Positions 28,929 through 30,209 of a DNA stretch of 30,209 nt are shown here, piece after piece. The number at the start of each line of letters is the position of its first letter. The first letter of the stretch is position 1. The notes beneath the pieces were generated by a model. It had not been told where the DNA came from. It saw nothing but the letters and a program-made list of their open reading frames with translations, and did not search any database. Both the position numbers and the translations under genes were made by a program. The DNA is from an uncultured Gammaproteobacteria bacterium (GTDB taxonomy: Bacteria; Patescibacteriota; Patescibacteriia; Patescibacteriales; JAGXOH01): NCBI GenBank assembly GCA_964424365.1, contig CAYRJF010000001.1, positions 1-30,209 of the forward strand. The letters are read 5' to 3'.

Positions 28929-29429
28929 TTACTTGATTAAGTATTTTTTAGTGTTCTCGCTTAAGTTTATAAAATCATCCGCCTCTTCCACCAGTTTGGC
29001 GGAAGCGGTTTTTTGAAAAGCAATCACCTCTACCAGGCACCCGGTGGTGTTTTGTAAATACTTTACCAAGGGAACATAGTCTCCATCTCCGGTAACCAGG
29101 ATTATAACATCCATGTTCCCGGCCATTTTAATGGCATCTACGGTAATACCCACATCCCAGTCCGCCTTTTTAGCTCCTCCGGCAAAAATTTGTAAGTCTT
29201 TTTCTTTTACCTCAAACCCTTGCTGGGAAAGCGCTTCCAGGAAGTTTGTCTCTTCGCCGGATTCGGTTTTTACCACATAAGCCATAGCCCGAATTAATTT
29301 CCGGCCAAAAACAGCGGTTTTTAATATTTCCTTAAAATTAACTTTTCGGCTGTAAAGGTTTTTAGCAGAGTGATACATATTAGCCACATCAACTAACACG
29401 CAAACTCTCTGATCTCTATGTTTTATCAT
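28929..29429 (-). CDS. NYN-domain (LabA/DUF88, PIN-like) protein
   Basis: VLVDVANMYH, KKADWDVGITVD, LVTGDGDYVPLV, L.EEADDFI. Confidence 0.92.
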   Translation of the reverse strand: MIKHRDQRVCVLVDVANMYHSAKNLYSRKVNFKEILKTAVFGRKLIRAMAYVVKTESGEETNFLEALSQQGFEVKEKDLQIFAGGAKKADWDVGITVDAIKMAGNMDVIILVTGDGDYVPLVKYLQNTTGCLVEVIAFQKTASAKLVEEADDFINLSENTKKYLIK

Positions 29430-29440
29430 AATTTTAATAA

Positions 29441-29476
29441 AAATTGCATTACCCTAATTAGCCGGCAATGCAATTT
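29441..29476 (-). terminator. Hairpin between rpsO and the NYN gene
   Basis: aaattgcatt-N16-aatgcaattt perfect 10-bp stem. Confidence 0.6.
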
Positions 29477-29485
29477 ATGTAATAT

Positions 29486-29881
29486 TTAGTTTTCTTTATC
29501 ACCGTCCTCTGATGAGGATTCTTTTTCTTCTTCTTGTTCTTCGGCCAGTTTGTTTTTTTCTTCCAGTATTTTTTCCATTTCTTTTTTGGCTTCTTCCTCT
29601 TCTTCTATTTTTTTGGCAATTCTTAAATTAAGTTTTCGAGCCAAGTCTTTAAAAGTTTCTTCGTCTTCCTTTTTTAAATATTTAAGCATTTTTTTCCTCT
29701 CTCCGATTTTTTTTAGAAGTCCTCTGCGGGAGGAATGGTCTTTTTTATGCTCTTTTAAGTGCTCGGTTAGATCTTTAATTTCCTCGGTTAGAATTGCGAT
29801 TTGCACTTGCGGGGAACCGGTGTCTTTATCATGGGTTCCGTACTTTTTAATCAACTTTTCTTTAGTTTTTTTGTCCAACAT
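29486..29881 (-). CDS. rpsO: 30S ribosomal protein S15 with about 40-aa acidic C-terminal extension
   Basis: DTGSPQVQIAILT, HLKEHKKDHSSRRGLLKKIGERKKMLKYL. Confidence 0.98.
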   Translation of the reverse strand: MLDKKTKEKLIKKYGTHDKDTGSPQVQIAILTEEIKDLTEHLKEHKKDHSSRRGLLKKIGERKKMLKYLKKEDEETFKDLARKLNLRIAKKIEEEEEAKKEMEKILEEKNKLAEEQEEEKESSSEDGDKEN

Positions 29882-29980
29882 AGTTTCCCAGACCGAGATG
29901 AAGCCTTAAAAACGCTTAAGCCGACATCCAAGAAAAGGTTATTTTTAATAAAAAATTAAAATTTTTTATTCGCCGAGAGC

Positions 29981-30010
29981 CACGGAATAGACGCTGAATA
30001 TCGCGGAGTT
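29981..30010. repeat. Three units of the same 10-11-bp repeat family as 319-378, in the opposite orientation
   Basis: CACGGAA-taga-CGCTGAA-tat-CGCGGAG; reverse complement gives TTCCGTG and TTCAGCG cores. Confidence 0.6.
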
Positions 30011-30066
30011 TTACTTTTCACTTCTAGTGAAAAGAGTTTGTGCGAATTCAAAATTTTATTATTGTG

Positions 30067-30095
30067 ACCATAACACAAGATTTTAAAAAAATCAA
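30067..30095 (-). promoter_or_regulatory. Candidate promoter for rpsO
   Basis: TTGATT (30095-30090), 17 bp, TGtTATGGT (30075-30067). Confidence 0.5.
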
Positions 30096-30098
30096 GCC

Positions 30099-30126
30099 TG
30101 TCGCAATTTTGGTTAAAATTGCGACA
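30099..30126. repeat. Perfect 12-bp inverted repeat
   Basis: tgtcgcaatttt-ggtt-aaaattgcgaca. Confidence 0.8.
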
Positions 30127-30209
30127 TATAATTTTTAACATAAAAAAAGAGCCTAACGTTTGACCTGTGTTTTGTATACTGACTTGAAACTCTTTTAGCT
30201 AAAAAGAGT

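Noticed and set aside
22370-29881. Head-on orientation of PBP1A, galT, pnp and rpsO relative to oriC, and absence of recF/gyrB after dnaN
   Set aside because: Gene order near the origin is labile in reduced genomes, and a 9 kb sample cannot show an inversion without genome-wide skew data.
29550-30141. ORFs 29550-29909 (+) and 29956-30141 (-)
   Set aside because: The first is antisense to rpsO. The second overlaps the predicted rpsO promoter and leader repeats and has no recognisable features.

Overview
A 30 kb chromosomal segment from an AT-rich, small-genome bacterium. It is most likely Patescibacteria/CPR (Parcubacteria-like), inferred from the CPR-type VirB2-like pilin, a short hinge-less SMC, an archaeal-type CMP kinase, the near absence of Shine-Dalgarno motifs and CPR-style intergenic palindromes. 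Standard code 11 applies, since TGA is used as a stop. Left to right the window holds: tRNA-Val and tRNA-Leu, rplS, cmk, smc; a plus-strand block comM/yifB - solute-binding lipoprotein - pilin - RodZ-like - methyltransferase - membrane protein - yraN; tRNA-Ala and tRNA-Arg with REP-like palindromes; bactofilin; a DAGK-like protein; a minus-strand cell-surface locus (Com-like Zn ribbon, secreted subunit, DUF916-like protein, vWA/SdrD-B adhesin with LAPSG signal, sortase); tRNA-Asp; dnaA-oriC-dnaN; PBP1A; GalT-like; pnp; an NYN nuclease; rpsO. The best candidate for an undescribed system is the origin-proximal surface locus (12.7-18.9 kb) with its terminator-flanked Com-like regulator. All family calls come from motif recognition by eye; no database search or folding program was run.
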